DNA from: Chlorokybus atmophyticus
Taxonomy: Eukaryota > Plantae > Mesostigma and Chlorokybus algae
Assembly: GCA_009103225.1 (NCBI GenBank)
Contig: RHPI01002568.1
Location: 261,742 to 325,722, forward strand
Direction of reading: 5' to 3'
Length of the DNA stretch: 63,981 nucleotides
Shown: positions 52,717 to 63,981 of the stretch, piece by piece
Layout: each line of letters begins with the position of its first letter
Numbering within the stretch: position 1 is the first letter of the stretch
Notes under the pieces: model-generated
Told to the model about the DNA's origin: nothing
Database searches by the model: none
Seen by the model: only the letters and a program-made list of their open reading frames with translations
Program-made: the position numbers and the translations under genes

Positions 52717-54170
52717 TCATCGACGCGCCCAAAATGCTTTGAACCTTGCTGGGTTGCCTTCATTCATATTGTAATCTTTGCACCCTCAGAAGTCGTATTC
52801 GGCGATGTACCTTGCTTCTAACCAATCTATTCGTGCCTTGCAATGTTCTAAAACTTCCAACTACACTTGCTCTTCAGAAGGTTTACTGCTATCAAAGTCA
52901 GGCAACATTTTCGTAGGCGGGTGTCTACGATGTTCCTTATAACGTCGACCTGGGTGGCTACTTTAACCGATATATACTTTCTGTGTTGCCACATGCGTCA
53001 ACTTGTAGACAAACTTCACACCTGTGTTTATGGGTTGCGCACGTTTTTTGAGGTACGTGCAGAGGCCCTGATGTTGGTGTTGGCATTGATGATGTTTCTT
53101 GCTGCCGAGGATCGCAGAATCATCTGGACCTCATCGTTTACCTGCAAAGAACAATGTTACTATAAATGCTGCAGTACACATCCGAGATTGATGTTGAATA
53201 TGGTGACATATATGCGTAGCGAAGTAGAAGCAAGGAAACAGACAACGGGTAAAGAATAAGAAGCAAAGGAGCCAATGCAAAAACAGAAGTGTAACAAAAG
53301 ATGGAGTGACTGCATGGGTTTCGGCTTGATGTGCCCATTGTTGTTGGAACTCTGCTATGCAACCATAGCATTCTCATGTCATCGCGACTAATCTTGGCAA
53401 GCACAGTATTCCCATCATCAAAAATGATAACAATAACAACACACCTCATTGGCATCAACATTTGCTACTGGAGCTTCCCTTGGATCTGCTTTGTTTATCT
53501 GCTCAATGATTTTTTCTGCCTTTCCTTGCGACATGAAACGCGCTGTCTCTCAGTTGCAAACTTTGCGAACGTGCACCAGCTCGAACACCTGTGAAACATC
53601 TGTTAACTACAGGTGCTTTGGCCAATGACCAAGTGTCACATTGATACATACCTGATTAGCGTAAATTGGCTCTGCATTATCAAGAAGATCTGAGTTGTCC
53701 TTGCGCATCAGAGTGTCACACAGCTTGTAAGCTACTTGGCGCTTCAGGTCATCAGAAATGTCGATGCCGAGCTTTCTGAGGTAGTAGATGCATGTTCCTA
53801 CACATACTTGCATCAGTTAACACATGCACCACAGTGTGTAAGTGTACATTTACCGCCTCTCGTCAGTTGCAATGGAGGCCACATGGTTTATGCAAACCTC
53901 TTGAGCTCTCTCTTTGGCAGGGCGAATTAACTTATCGACCTCTCACTTGGTGAATAGCCCCTCCAGCTTGTCGGGAGTGATTCCTGCTGAGTCACATGCT
54001 ACCAGTTGTTTTGCTGTCAGCGGACGACCAGGCGCATCACCTCCAGAGCTACTGGTACGTGGACGCTTAGAGCCAGGTTCGTCATTGAAAATTTAAGCGC
54101 GGAGCCTCTCGAACAGGTCTTTTCCGTCAAAGTCCATGCTGTCAACCAGGTGCATTGTCAATGCAACGCT
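52717..54170 (-). pseudogene. Intron-containing gene with C-terminal GIY-YIG endonuclease domain (53040-52717)
   Basis: Manual translation: GVKFVYKLTHVATQKVYIG*SSHPGRRYKEHRRHPP...EVLEHCKARIDWLEARYIAEYDF*GCKDYNMNEG. This has the Y..YIG, Arg, Glu and YN signatures. Phase-0 GT-AG introns at 53651-53589 and 53444-53142. The 5' start is uncertain. Confidence 0.8.
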
Positions 54171-54574
54171 CGCCAACATGTTGACTCACAGAGTTTGAGA
54201 TTGAACAGAGGTAAACTGAGCCACGCACCTGTGTCTGGCTGAGTTGACAATTTCCGCATTGGGCAGGTGTCTGAGGCAGGTGATGCGACAGGCCCTGCGA
54301 TCTAACGTTTCAACTGGTGTACATTTATAACAGCGCTAGATATACTGCCAATGTATATTTGCATGGCAAGGAAAAGGGTCTGCATCGGCAGAGCACCACG
54401 TGCTAAGCCATGCCGCGATGCGATTGGTGAGAAGAAATGATGGGATGGAGGAGATGATTGCATACAAAGCATGGTTGGATGACGGGCGATACGGCAATCA
54501 ATTGAATGTGCCATGTCATCAAACCGTACAATGTGTACATTGTGGTCATAAGATGCAATTCATGTTACGCGACA

Positions 54575-54840
54575 TGGTCCAATATCGTCGAACATGGAAC
54601 CATATAACAATGTTGTGCAACATCGTTAAAACATGCTCAAACATCATGCAATATGCGTTGATATCAAACAACGTCGCGCAACATCGTACCATGTCGCCTA
54701 AAGCAATATCGTCCAACTTGGAACCATGTAGTGCAATGTTGTGCAACATCGATCACACATGGTCAAAAATTTGCGATATGCGTTGATATCAAACAACGTT
54801 GCGCAACATCGTATCATATCGCCAAAATGATGCAACATAT
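54575..54840 (+). repeat. Degenerate tandem repeat, unit ~125 bp
   Basis: atgcgttgatatcaaacaacgt at 54653 and 54778. caatgttgtgcaacatcg also recurs at that spacing. Confidence 0.85.
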
Positions 54841-54885
54841 GTCACACCATTGCGCAAAACTCACTAGACTTACCGGTTATCAACG

Positions 54886-57800
54886 TCAATCCCCAAAAAC
54901 GGGCGTCATCTCTTCAGGGCGCGGCAAACGCGTCAACCGTAAATAGGCCATGTTTGTCACACGCGACAACGCCACATACCACAAACCAGGAGCAAACGCT
55001 TCCTGCATGTGGACAACAGTAGTTGATTGTACGCGTGCGTTGCACCTTGACACTTGTGCACTGTCATTGCATACGCTAGCTGCAAAGGAAACATAGCTTT
55101 GTAGTACGTTTTGCCTTGAAACGTTGTTGTTTGCTGCATTGTTCGGCGCATCCACATGAATTCTGCCAAGTGATAAAATGTAACTTGTATACTGCTCACA
55201 TTACCTTTGTAGTATCTGAACTGCGTCACTGTTCCCAAAGACCAATTGGCCACACCATCTTGCGGTTTTAAAACCAACACCTTTGCTCCCTTGGCGGCTG
55301 AAGGTAATAAGTTGAACTTGGGCTTGTGAATGCAGTCGTACAATTTGGGCACGTTCACTGCATTAGAAGTAATTTGTATTGGCACAATGGCATCGGTTGC
55401 AAACGTTGTCTCACAATCATGCTGTTGAAGGCCAGTGTGTCTTGTACATGTGAACACAATATGGTTGCATCACTTGGTAACTGCTGTAAGTACTCCGAAG
55501 TGACCAGACAGCCACCTAACGCATCTGCTATCTTTGTTAAACTGAGTATGCTAGAACGAATCCGAATCAAGAATTGAGCAAACAGAGGGTCTGAAGCGTG
55601 ACGCACTGAAACAGAAAGAAAATGTTGCCTGCGTAATGGCCACCTCTGTGATGCAGAAATATGGCATTTGTGGCAAACCTGCGTTGCGTCTTGGACTTTT
55701 TGTCCACAAACGGCTGGCAATTGCTTGTGGTCACCAACCAACACAACGCCGATTGTTGTAGAAATTCCGGTCCATGAACTTGCTGCAAGCGCAGCATCAC
55801 CAAATCAATCAACCGCGATGTCATTATGGAAAACTTGTCAATAATAAACACTCAACAATGATGTAACCGTTTGTAAGCATCATCCATAGCAGTTACAAAC
55901 CGGAGTTGCTGACCGTTGACTGGTATTGCGAAGTTGGAATGTACATTGAAGCATATGAGCTGAGCCACAGAGCCGCAACGCCAGCTGTAGCACTGAGTAA
56001 AACAGGTATCCCAGCAACACGCAACTTGTGAGTGATGAATTTGGTCAAAAATGTTTTGCCTGCTCCTGGACAACCAGATATTACATGTAGACCAACCGGT
56101 GCTGCAATGATACTACTTGCGGTGCATTCCTGCTGGCTGGTCAAAGAGAAATTGTCGCAAACGCAAACTCCTCAACATTTAAAGTACCTTGAAACATCGG
56201 CGCTGATACATCTGAGTCCGTTGTCACAGTTGAAGCTGGAGATGCAGGATTGGATGGTGTTGCTGTTGGATACTGCGTACTAGGTTCTGGTGCAGTTTGG
56301 CTGTCTGTCGGACCAGTTGCAGCCATAGACAAGGCATTAATAGCATTATCAGTGGTCTGCATCATGGCGTTCACCATATGGTAAGTCTTAACATCATTGT
56401 ATAGATGACGTTCGGCATAGCGCGTGACATGTGTCGACAAATTGCGGTTTGTGTTGTTAATAAATTGGTTGTTCAAAGAAATTAAATCAACTTAGGAACG
56501 AAAAGTAACCCGCTGAAGAAGTAAATTGAGACAAAACCCCTCAATGCTGTGTACAGGATGGTAATCTGTGACTCATAATTGAATGCATTCAATATGTCTC
56601 GTAAAGTACGCACAGTGTTATGTGGCACAGTGTCTCCATCTCGGTGCATGTACTGTCGAAAGTAGTTGTACATTGTTACTCTTTCTACCTCGTCAGGCCT
56701 GACACAATAACGATGAATGGGATGCACAATTACTGTTCGTGCACGACTGTTCACTATGCGAGAACGATCGTTAGGCAATGCGTGTCAACATATGTTACAT
56801 TGGACGACATTTGCATGATGGAATATTCAAACATATCAAAGCAGCTTCAGCTGGAGCAATGGGTTTGGACAAGTACATTGTGTTCAATATGCGCAATTCA
56901 TTAACAGTCAATCCTTGCAAACCGAGGGCATTGGTGTCTAATGTATCATCAACAGTGCCACAAGGTTCCATTTTAGTTGTGTACTTGACTAAATACTTGC
57001 TCCAATGACTGTCAGTAACTTGCAACACATTACAATGAGCACCCCACAACAATAAAAGCACTGAATGTGTGGGAACAACATTGCGGTCACAAGTGCGTGC
57101 TCTGTAGTAATTGTATATGCGCGTTTCTGTGTTAAACTGAGGTCGACGATCTGGTTGTACGGGATACAGAAAGCCCATGTCGCACTTGTTGTCAAATGCT
57201 CTGCAGCCACTGCCAACATCAGAACACTTGTGCATCTGCTTGTGTACAACATATTCATAAAGGACTCGCAATTTAGAATCAGTTGGTACAATTATTTGCT
57301 GATTTGCATGGTCAAAATCTCCGGCGATAAATGTAGTGATTTCACTGCAAACTCATTCAACATCATCGGGGTGTAACCACAACATAACATGTGCATGCAA
57401 AGATCCACGGTGTTTGTTTCATAGCTGATAACATAGTGCATCACACGTTCAAGAATATCTTTTTGCATGATATATTCTTCAACGAAGGTGTTGAACCGAT
57501 GATGAAACAAACGTGCGCACTCCATACGGGCATCGCGCCAACTAAGTTGCGTGGAGACATTGTGGTGAACATTCTGCAAATCCATGATCTCAGGGACTTT
57601 GATACTGGACACTTCATCTGCAGTCATGGTGATAAAGAGATGAGGCATACCCCAATGCTCAACCAGACACAGCAGCTCACTCAACTTTCGTTGATGCCAA
57701 CTCGGAGATTCAATACTGTCACCAGGAACACGAAAATTTACAGCATTTTGATGGCATCGTTGATTGTGGCAGAAGGTCGATGTTTGAGGAACTTCTTAAT

Positions 57801-58620
57801 ATTAGCGTCCACAGCAACTTCGCGGCACTTTCTGACTGTGAGAAGTGATTGACGGATTTGGTACATCAACAGCAAATAAGGCTTGTACAATGTGAAAACT
57901 GAGAATAACTGTGTAAGACGAAACTTGACTCAATCTGACAGTCTGATGTACACGTTACCATCAAAGAACCCACGTTTGTGCGGAAACAACATGGGCAACA
58001 GAGCAGACTTAACAGTTAACCAGGAATGTTGTACGCACCACCTGTATCTATGTGTATCAAAGAAGGAACACAAGGCCCATGCAGCGACATATGTCCAACG
58101 CGCAACATGGTGTCCACTGTGACTTCAACTGTGCTGCGCGAAGGAAATGGCAACAAAGTGGTTAAAACGTATGTGTATGCTGATTCACCAGCAATGTTAA
58201 AAGGATTACGATCCTGTGCACGAGACACAATGCTACGAATAGTAGATGAACCGACAGTGGGGATGCCGTCAAAACCAAATGGTTGTTCCGCCAAGGTCTG
58301 ATATTTCTGAACAAGAGTGTTGGACAATAATAACTCGCTCAACAATTCTAGCAACAAGATGGCATGTTGGTTCTTATGTGTAAACTCATCCCAAGTGATA
58401 AACGTACCGTTAATCATATTCAACTGCTGAACTTGGCCAGAAGTGAAACTGTATGAGTTATATAAGTTGCAAAGCGTGGCATCAAAAAGCCTCCGCACAT
58501 AAGCTGCTCGAAGAAGAGATACTGCTTCGCTCCGGATTCTCCTTGGGCACGACCATTTGTGCTGCAAAACGACTTGGTGCTTCCCGCGCACTGCTTCAAG
58601 TTGTTGTATGCATTCCTTGA
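54886..58620 (-). mobile_element. Helitron RepHel (HUH Rep + Pif1-family helicase), decayed by frameshifts and stops, 5' truncated
   Basis: Rep: GMPHLFITMT (~57645), HRGSLHAHVMLW (57412-57377, after a frameshift), NVVP..LLLLWGAHCN and YLVKYTTK (56995-56972). Helicase: GCPGAGKT (~56075), FIIDKFS, LVGDHKQLPAV, SVRHASDP.F, FPLQLAYAMTVHKCQGAT (~55091) and YVALSRV (~54978). Confidence 0.95.
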
Positions 58621-60425
58621 GCGTCAACATCCACCCACACGGAGGTGACAGCCACCAGCAGCAGTGCCTCGGGCACCACCACGTCCATGACCACCACATC
58701 ATTTGTGCCCCCGGTAATGCACAAAGACGAGACTACATAGGCCTACATCCGGCAATGCAGCGTAGCCGTCGCCGCTTACGCCCTCACTTGGCAGCAGCCT
58801 CTCCTGCCAGTGCACCTTCCGTAGCCCATCAACCACCAGCTGAGGAGAAGGCCTCCACCCTGGCGGCACTCTCCCCATGGACTTGGGCCTGCAACTGAGC
58901 CAGCGCTTTTCAGCCTACACCATCGAAAAGGCGCAAGAGCTCATCAAGTCAAGAAGGAAACCAAAGGAGACGCCAGTTCGTTTACATGAGCGCATCGTCA
59001 ACTTGTTGGAGGACACCACCCTGAACGAGATGCCACCAATCAATCCTTATCATCTGGCACAGGTGTACGTGGAAGACCTTAACCCACCTCTATACAAGCA
59101 TGTGAAGGCTGACTTATGCGGCGAAGCCAATCACACCCTGTATCAGGCATACATGCGCGCGGTGTACTGGCAAGAAGACCTGGTTCACGAGCAGGCCGCC
59201 CTTGAATTCAGTAGTCTCGCGCACCGCATTAGCGGCACCGGCTTAGCCTCCACCCGTGCACCGCCCAAGCACACGCACTCTGCTCATGCTGCCGTGCGAG
59301 TAGAGAACAGCCCCTCCCAAACCTACCACAGGTGTAGCAAAGAGGGGCACTTCATTCGAGTATGCCCGATGCCACGCGCTGATGCCCTTTGCAACCACTG
59401 CGGCATGAAGGGTCATCTTGAAGTTGTTTGCTACACATTGCATTCAGAGTTGAGGGAGGCTCTGAAGGCAGAAACCTCTCTTGTCCGCACTGGCGCCGAC
59501 TACAAAAATTCAAACAACTACCACAACAATAAGTGGAAGGGCAAAGCCGGCTCCTCCGACAGCTAAGCTTGGCGCAAGCACAAAGCCAAGGTTGCCTCCG
59601 TCATATGAGGCACCACCAGCTTGCACGGTGAGCGTAACGGGCTGCTTGCAAAAATTGAGGATTACGCAGCTGAAGAGATGAGCTAGAAGACCTCCGTTAT
59701 TGCGACTAGTACACCGCCTACACTGCCACCCGCATCACACGAGTCATGGGTGCTACGCGCCGCTCTCCTCGCTCGCCCCCTCACCCGCCTCCAAGCCGGT
59801 TTCCTTTTCCACCATCGCAATGGCCATGGGTTGATCCTCATACAGCCGGGACCACACCGGCTCCCACATTGGAGCAGCTGCTGGAGCAACGACACCCTGC
59901 GTGGCGTGCGGCCATATTTGCTATTCGCCCGCTTCAGGCCCCGGCAACCTCACCACTTGACCTACAGGAGCTCCATTAAGCGTGGCGAGACGCATTGCAA
60001 GCCGTTCGACACCAACCCCGTCGGGTGACCCCCTTACCTCCCTCCAACACGGACTTTCTTACCAGTCTTATAGGGCACCCTCATCGATGGGGCCAGCTAC
60101 AAATGAAATGGCGCAAACTTGTCAGGGGCTGCGATCCACATCGAGCTTTGCCAGATGATGACGGGCCACTTTCGGACTGGACATATGAGTCTGCCCAAAA
60201 GCTGGCCCAGGCCTACTGCCCCGCACCCCTTACCCAAGCTGGCGAGGTGGCCCTCGACGCCCAAATTAACTAGGGTGTCAAAGATCTGCAAATGGTGACC
60301 AACAATTAGATGTACCGCACTTGGTTTAAAAATCCTCATGACGGTTTTAAAGATGATCCAACTCGGGCGCTGGAACACCTACCCCCTTTCGCCATAGCAG
60401 ACGCTTGTAAGCATTTGCTATGGCA

Positions 60426-60504
60426 AAATAGGCATGACCAGTGAGGTTGAGCTTAGAAGTTAGCTAGCTAACTTCTAAGCTCAACCTCACTGTCATGCCT
60501 ATTT
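60426..60504. repeat. 79-bp spacerless near-perfect palindrome
   Basis: aaataggcatgac c agtgaggttgagcttagaagttagct | agctaacttctaagctcaacctcact gtcatgcctattt, with one bulged C. Confidence 0.95.
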
Positions 60505-61388
60505 CGTCTCCCAAGACGCACCGCACCTTGTAGAGCATCATCTGAGCGCTTTTATGGCATGTCTGTAGTTACTGTTGGCGCAACATATGGCGAGCATAGG
60601 CAATGCCGCTCCACTGCAGCCCCTTCACCCGCCACGGGTGGCAGGCCTATCACTCACGTCAGATGAGTCAGCCATGTATCAACACTGGCATGAGGGAATT
60701 GGCAAACTTGAGGCTCTTTATGATGCGCGCGAAGCAAACAATACTAGGCGAACGCCGCTATTCAGGCTTGCCCCCACCCAATTATGGGGTAAGAAACCGC
60801 GAGTTTTAAGAACAACTTCATCACCGTATTTGAAACAATCCTTGACCCTTGGTTTGGCCAAACCCCGATAATGTTGAGCGCATGGCGCAGCAAGTATTGG
60901 CCACGTTGCAAGCTGACCCCATCTTGCGCGTGCATCGGGACCACCTTCTGCTAGATCAGGAAACGCCCAGTCTAGAGCACGCCACAACGGAAAGGGTGCG
61001 CGAGCTGTCCAACTGAGTGCACCTTGGCGCATCTGGTCAAATGCTGTCCGTTCAACAGCATATACACTGAAATAACCCCTTAGACTTGCGTGACCGGGTA
61101 ATATACTAGGTGCTTAACGGCTTGCAGATGCCTCCGGATCGCGACTACGAGCAGCTCAATGAGCTTTCCGCGCTGACGGAGCGATGGCTAAATGTCTTGG
61201 CCACACGGCCTCACATGTACCACCCCAATCCCCCAGACCCACAGCAACTAGTGTTCAACTTCACGCCACCCGCATTGCTGCACCATACGAGAGCAAATCT
61301 CGTGTGGTGCACAGCTTAAAGGACAGGCACGTAAAATGGCAATAAGTTAAGAATATAGAAGCAGGCATCCCTTGCCTCACCTATCGGA

Positions 61389-61496
61389 GCAAATGTTTTG
61401 CAGCAGCAGCTTGGCGCGCCAGCCACCTTGCACGAATTGCAAATGTCTTGCAGCAGCTGCTTGGCGCGCCAGCCACCTTGCACAAATTGCAAATGT
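61389..61496 (+). repeat. 50-bp tandem duplication
   Basis: gcaaatgt recurs at 61389, 61439 and 61489, with near-identical intervening units. Confidence 0.95.
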
Positions 61497-63981
61497 ATAC
61501 GCCAGAGTCCGCGCAACATTAGCATTGAGTCCCGTGGGGCAATGCAGTACATGCGGGAGTACGCGTTTGCGCACGTTACTTTAAATACATCGCCTCGGCC
61601 AGCTTAAAGCTGGAGCTAAAGAGCGCTTCAAAGGAGAGACATAGTATTTGGCCCCGGCGGACCCCAACATTGCATCCTCCTCAAGGTCGCCATGCCGGCC
61701 ATACAATCAGCAGGTGCAACACGACATGCCACTCACCATTGTTAGAGCCGCACGGGCACGCTAGGCCACCATTCGCTTCCTGCCACGTCGCCTATTATTG
61801 GGAGAACCATGCATCTTTTAAGAAGAGGACTTGCACTCAGCCCTGGTGCTAGCCAACAATGCCGCTTGAAGCCAGCAAATGCAAGAGTACGACGCTTCGC
61901 AGCCGCAAACCGATCACGGCGTGCGCGACTGGTTGCAGGGATAACAGTTAACAATCCAAAGGGAGCGGCGTCTGCTTCGGACATCTCAGTTGCTACATGG
62001 TGCTGATGCTCGTAGAGCCGATAAATTGCCTACACGCGAACACTTGCATGACACACTATGTGCTCGAGTTGAGGGGGGGGGCCTCAACACGGTGCCCGTC
62101 ACGCAGAAGAATTTTTGCCTTACCATTACCGCGCCCATACACTGCCAGCGGCATTGCTGCTTGACACCACCCCTTTGCCTAGCCAACCGGGTGGCTAGGG
62201 AAGGTGCTTGCACTGAAGGCATAACACAACTTCTGATGCAGATCACATGCCGCGAGGGGCCATGGAATACACTCCGAGCACTTGGACGAGGCATCCCAAA
62301 TTGTCAGCTCATCCACCTCATTGTGTGGCTCACCTCGTCTAAGTCAAACAACACCCTCCACCCCGACCTCTTTGTCAGTCCTGCTGCGGGGTTTAATTTA
62401 CATTAGACTCCCTTGCCTCGATAGCAGGGCAATTGATTATTGGTTTTGGTGTCCTATATGGATGTCCAACTAGTATGTGTGGACACGGTCGTCATCAACT
62501 ACACAGCAGCTCGGCTACAACGAAGGTCTTCGACGCTGGCAGGATGAGCGTGACGCAGATGTGCTTGACCGCGCTGTTCGCTATCAACAGGACGATTCAT
62601 AAACGCGCGCGCTGGCGCGTTAACAACTAGCACAGCAACTTTGTGAAGGCGCTAGAATCCTTGAGCAAGTGATATGGAGGCATCCGGCCGCAATCACCGA
62701 GGCGGCGCGAGAGTTGGTGGCAACCTACGTCAGCCTACCACCTATCCTGCCAGTCATTTATGGCGACCGTCAAGGTCAACATTGGGAGCAAGCTATTACT
62801 GCTGAAGCTTCACGCTTAGCCTTGGATGCCCCCGCTGAGTACGCACACTATGGTGCTGCACTTGCTGCTCCATCGGCTGCCCCATCGGGCGATTTGCCTA
62901 CCTCGTCCTCAGCTCTATCCACACCGGTTCAGCAGTCTCCCCTTACCAGATGACGCACCCGCACCCGATGCTGCTCCACCCACGCCTGTACACCGATCCC
63001 CCTGTGGGTGTCTCATTGTCAAGTGGAATTGATCTTTCACTGTCATTGTCCCTTTCGGAAGATAAATCAGCACCCGGCACAGAGGTAGGACCCCGGTCCG
63101 CCCTAGTTGTGTTCACTGCAGCTCCTTCCGAGCACCTTTCTCCCACCAGAGCCCCAACGTCAGCCCCGTTGAATCTTTTCGCCCCACCCCGTACTTCAAA
63201 TTAATAGGCTGCTGGTCCGCCCCAACATTGGCATGGTCAACAACTGGCGGGGCCACGTCCGCTTTGCACACCATGACTGGCTCCCATGCCACCTCTTGTT
63301 CGACACGCGCCCATCCCGTCATCCTTGGCTTGCGTGTTGCTGAACGTCTCGGCATCAACCTCAATAACTTGGACAACACCTCCCACGAGATACGCACCGC
63401 TTAAGGCGAGCTCGAGACCACCACGGGTGTGAAAAACTCGTCGCACACCATTACGATTTACCGGCATGCAACCCGAGCAGACCATGGTGTTGAGTGTTTT
63501 GCTTGGTCTTCGACTCCGTAATGTTTGATGTGCTTGTGGGCATGGAGGCGTTGTATCCCATCGGTGCCACCGTTGACACCTAGATGAAGTATGCACTCTT
63601 CCGACCTTGCTGGCACCAAAGCGATGGCACCCCTACAGCTATTCCCTTTCGTCTCCCCACCTACTCGCACTACTCCTCCACCACTGTTCCTGTTAAACTC
63701 GCCAACGCTGCGCTGCATTACGGCTTGCACTTTGCCCACGCGGATTAAGTCAAATCTTAAGCTCTACACACCGTTATCCATAAGTGTTACGTTGGAGCTG
63801 AGTTTTTTTTTGGGCGGGGGGAGTTCAATCTTGTTGCATAGGCTTGGTAGCAAGTCTATGCGCATTCATTCAATTGTCCGCGTAGACCACATTGTCGTTC
63901 AGCTATACATTAGTTAAGCTGAGCATATACATTCAAGTAAAAGTTGATCCATTATCAGCGGGGGGGGGGGGGGGGGGGGGG

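Larger units (their letters stand above)
58640..63960 (+). mobile_element. Decayed LTR-type retroelement: gag with CCHC knuckles, long unknown ORF, retropepsin, candidate PPT; no RT/RH/IN seen
   Basis: Gag-like ORF 58877-59566. Knuckles Y-x2-C-x4-H-x4-C (59324) and C-x2-C-x4-H-x4-C (59390-59431). Protease LLFDT(G)AHPVILGLRVAERLGI (63302) and FDVLVGMEAL (63524), both recovered across 1-bp frameshifts. A T-tract plus GGGCGGGGGGAG lies at 63803-63823. Confidence 0.75.

Noticed and set aside
61437-61485. Word similarity (ttgcaaatgt..gcagctgct..ggcgc) to the 44322 hairpin
   Set aside because: The match is too short and gapped to distinguish from chance.
59570-63200. RT, RNase H, integrase or DIRS tyrosine recombinase in the unknown ORF
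   Set aside because: I found no such motifs by eye. A frameshift-aware HMM search is needed to exclude them firmly.
63113-63739. Minus-strand ORFs at the right end
   Set aside because: They are antisense shadows of the plus-strand retropepsin.
63960-63981. Terminal poly-G as a G-quadruplex or telomere-like feature
   Set aside because: G/C runs also flank the N gap at 2800, which indicates sequencing drop-out at contig ends.

Overview
Intron-rich eukaryotic genomic DNA. Introns are short and often (CA/GT)n- or (CAA)n-rich, there are two N gaps, and the window ends in poly-G. A plastid-type mTERF-like gene ending in CxGDCxxxCxRCWVRF points to the green lineage; an early-diverging streptophyte or other green alga is my inference, not shown. 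Bases 1-47.6 kb hold about nine spliced host genes: a type I membrane protein, a very large bacterial-type S8/S53-like protease fused to Kelch and PAN modules, a beta-helix-repeat multi-TM protein, a CCDC77-like gene head-to-head with a possible Nsl1-like gene, an SMP-C2 synaptotagmin-like gene, an mTERF-like gene, NAGLU (GH89), and a type II membrane protein with two SAM-methyltransferase domains. Bases 48.4-64 kb are a decayed mobile-element nest. It contains a Helitron RepHel on the minus strand with its HUH motif hidden by a frameshift. Downstream on the same strand is a spliced gene ending in a GIY-YIG nuclease that the ORF track misses because of in-frame stops. There is also a coiled-coil/RING pseudogene between inverted foldback repeats, and a retroelement of the form gag-CCHC, about 3.6 kb of unknown ORF, then retropepsin, with no visible RT or integrase and a 79-bp near-perfect palindrome. 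Gene spans were assembled by eye, so exon boundaries are approximate unless stated. No database searches were run.
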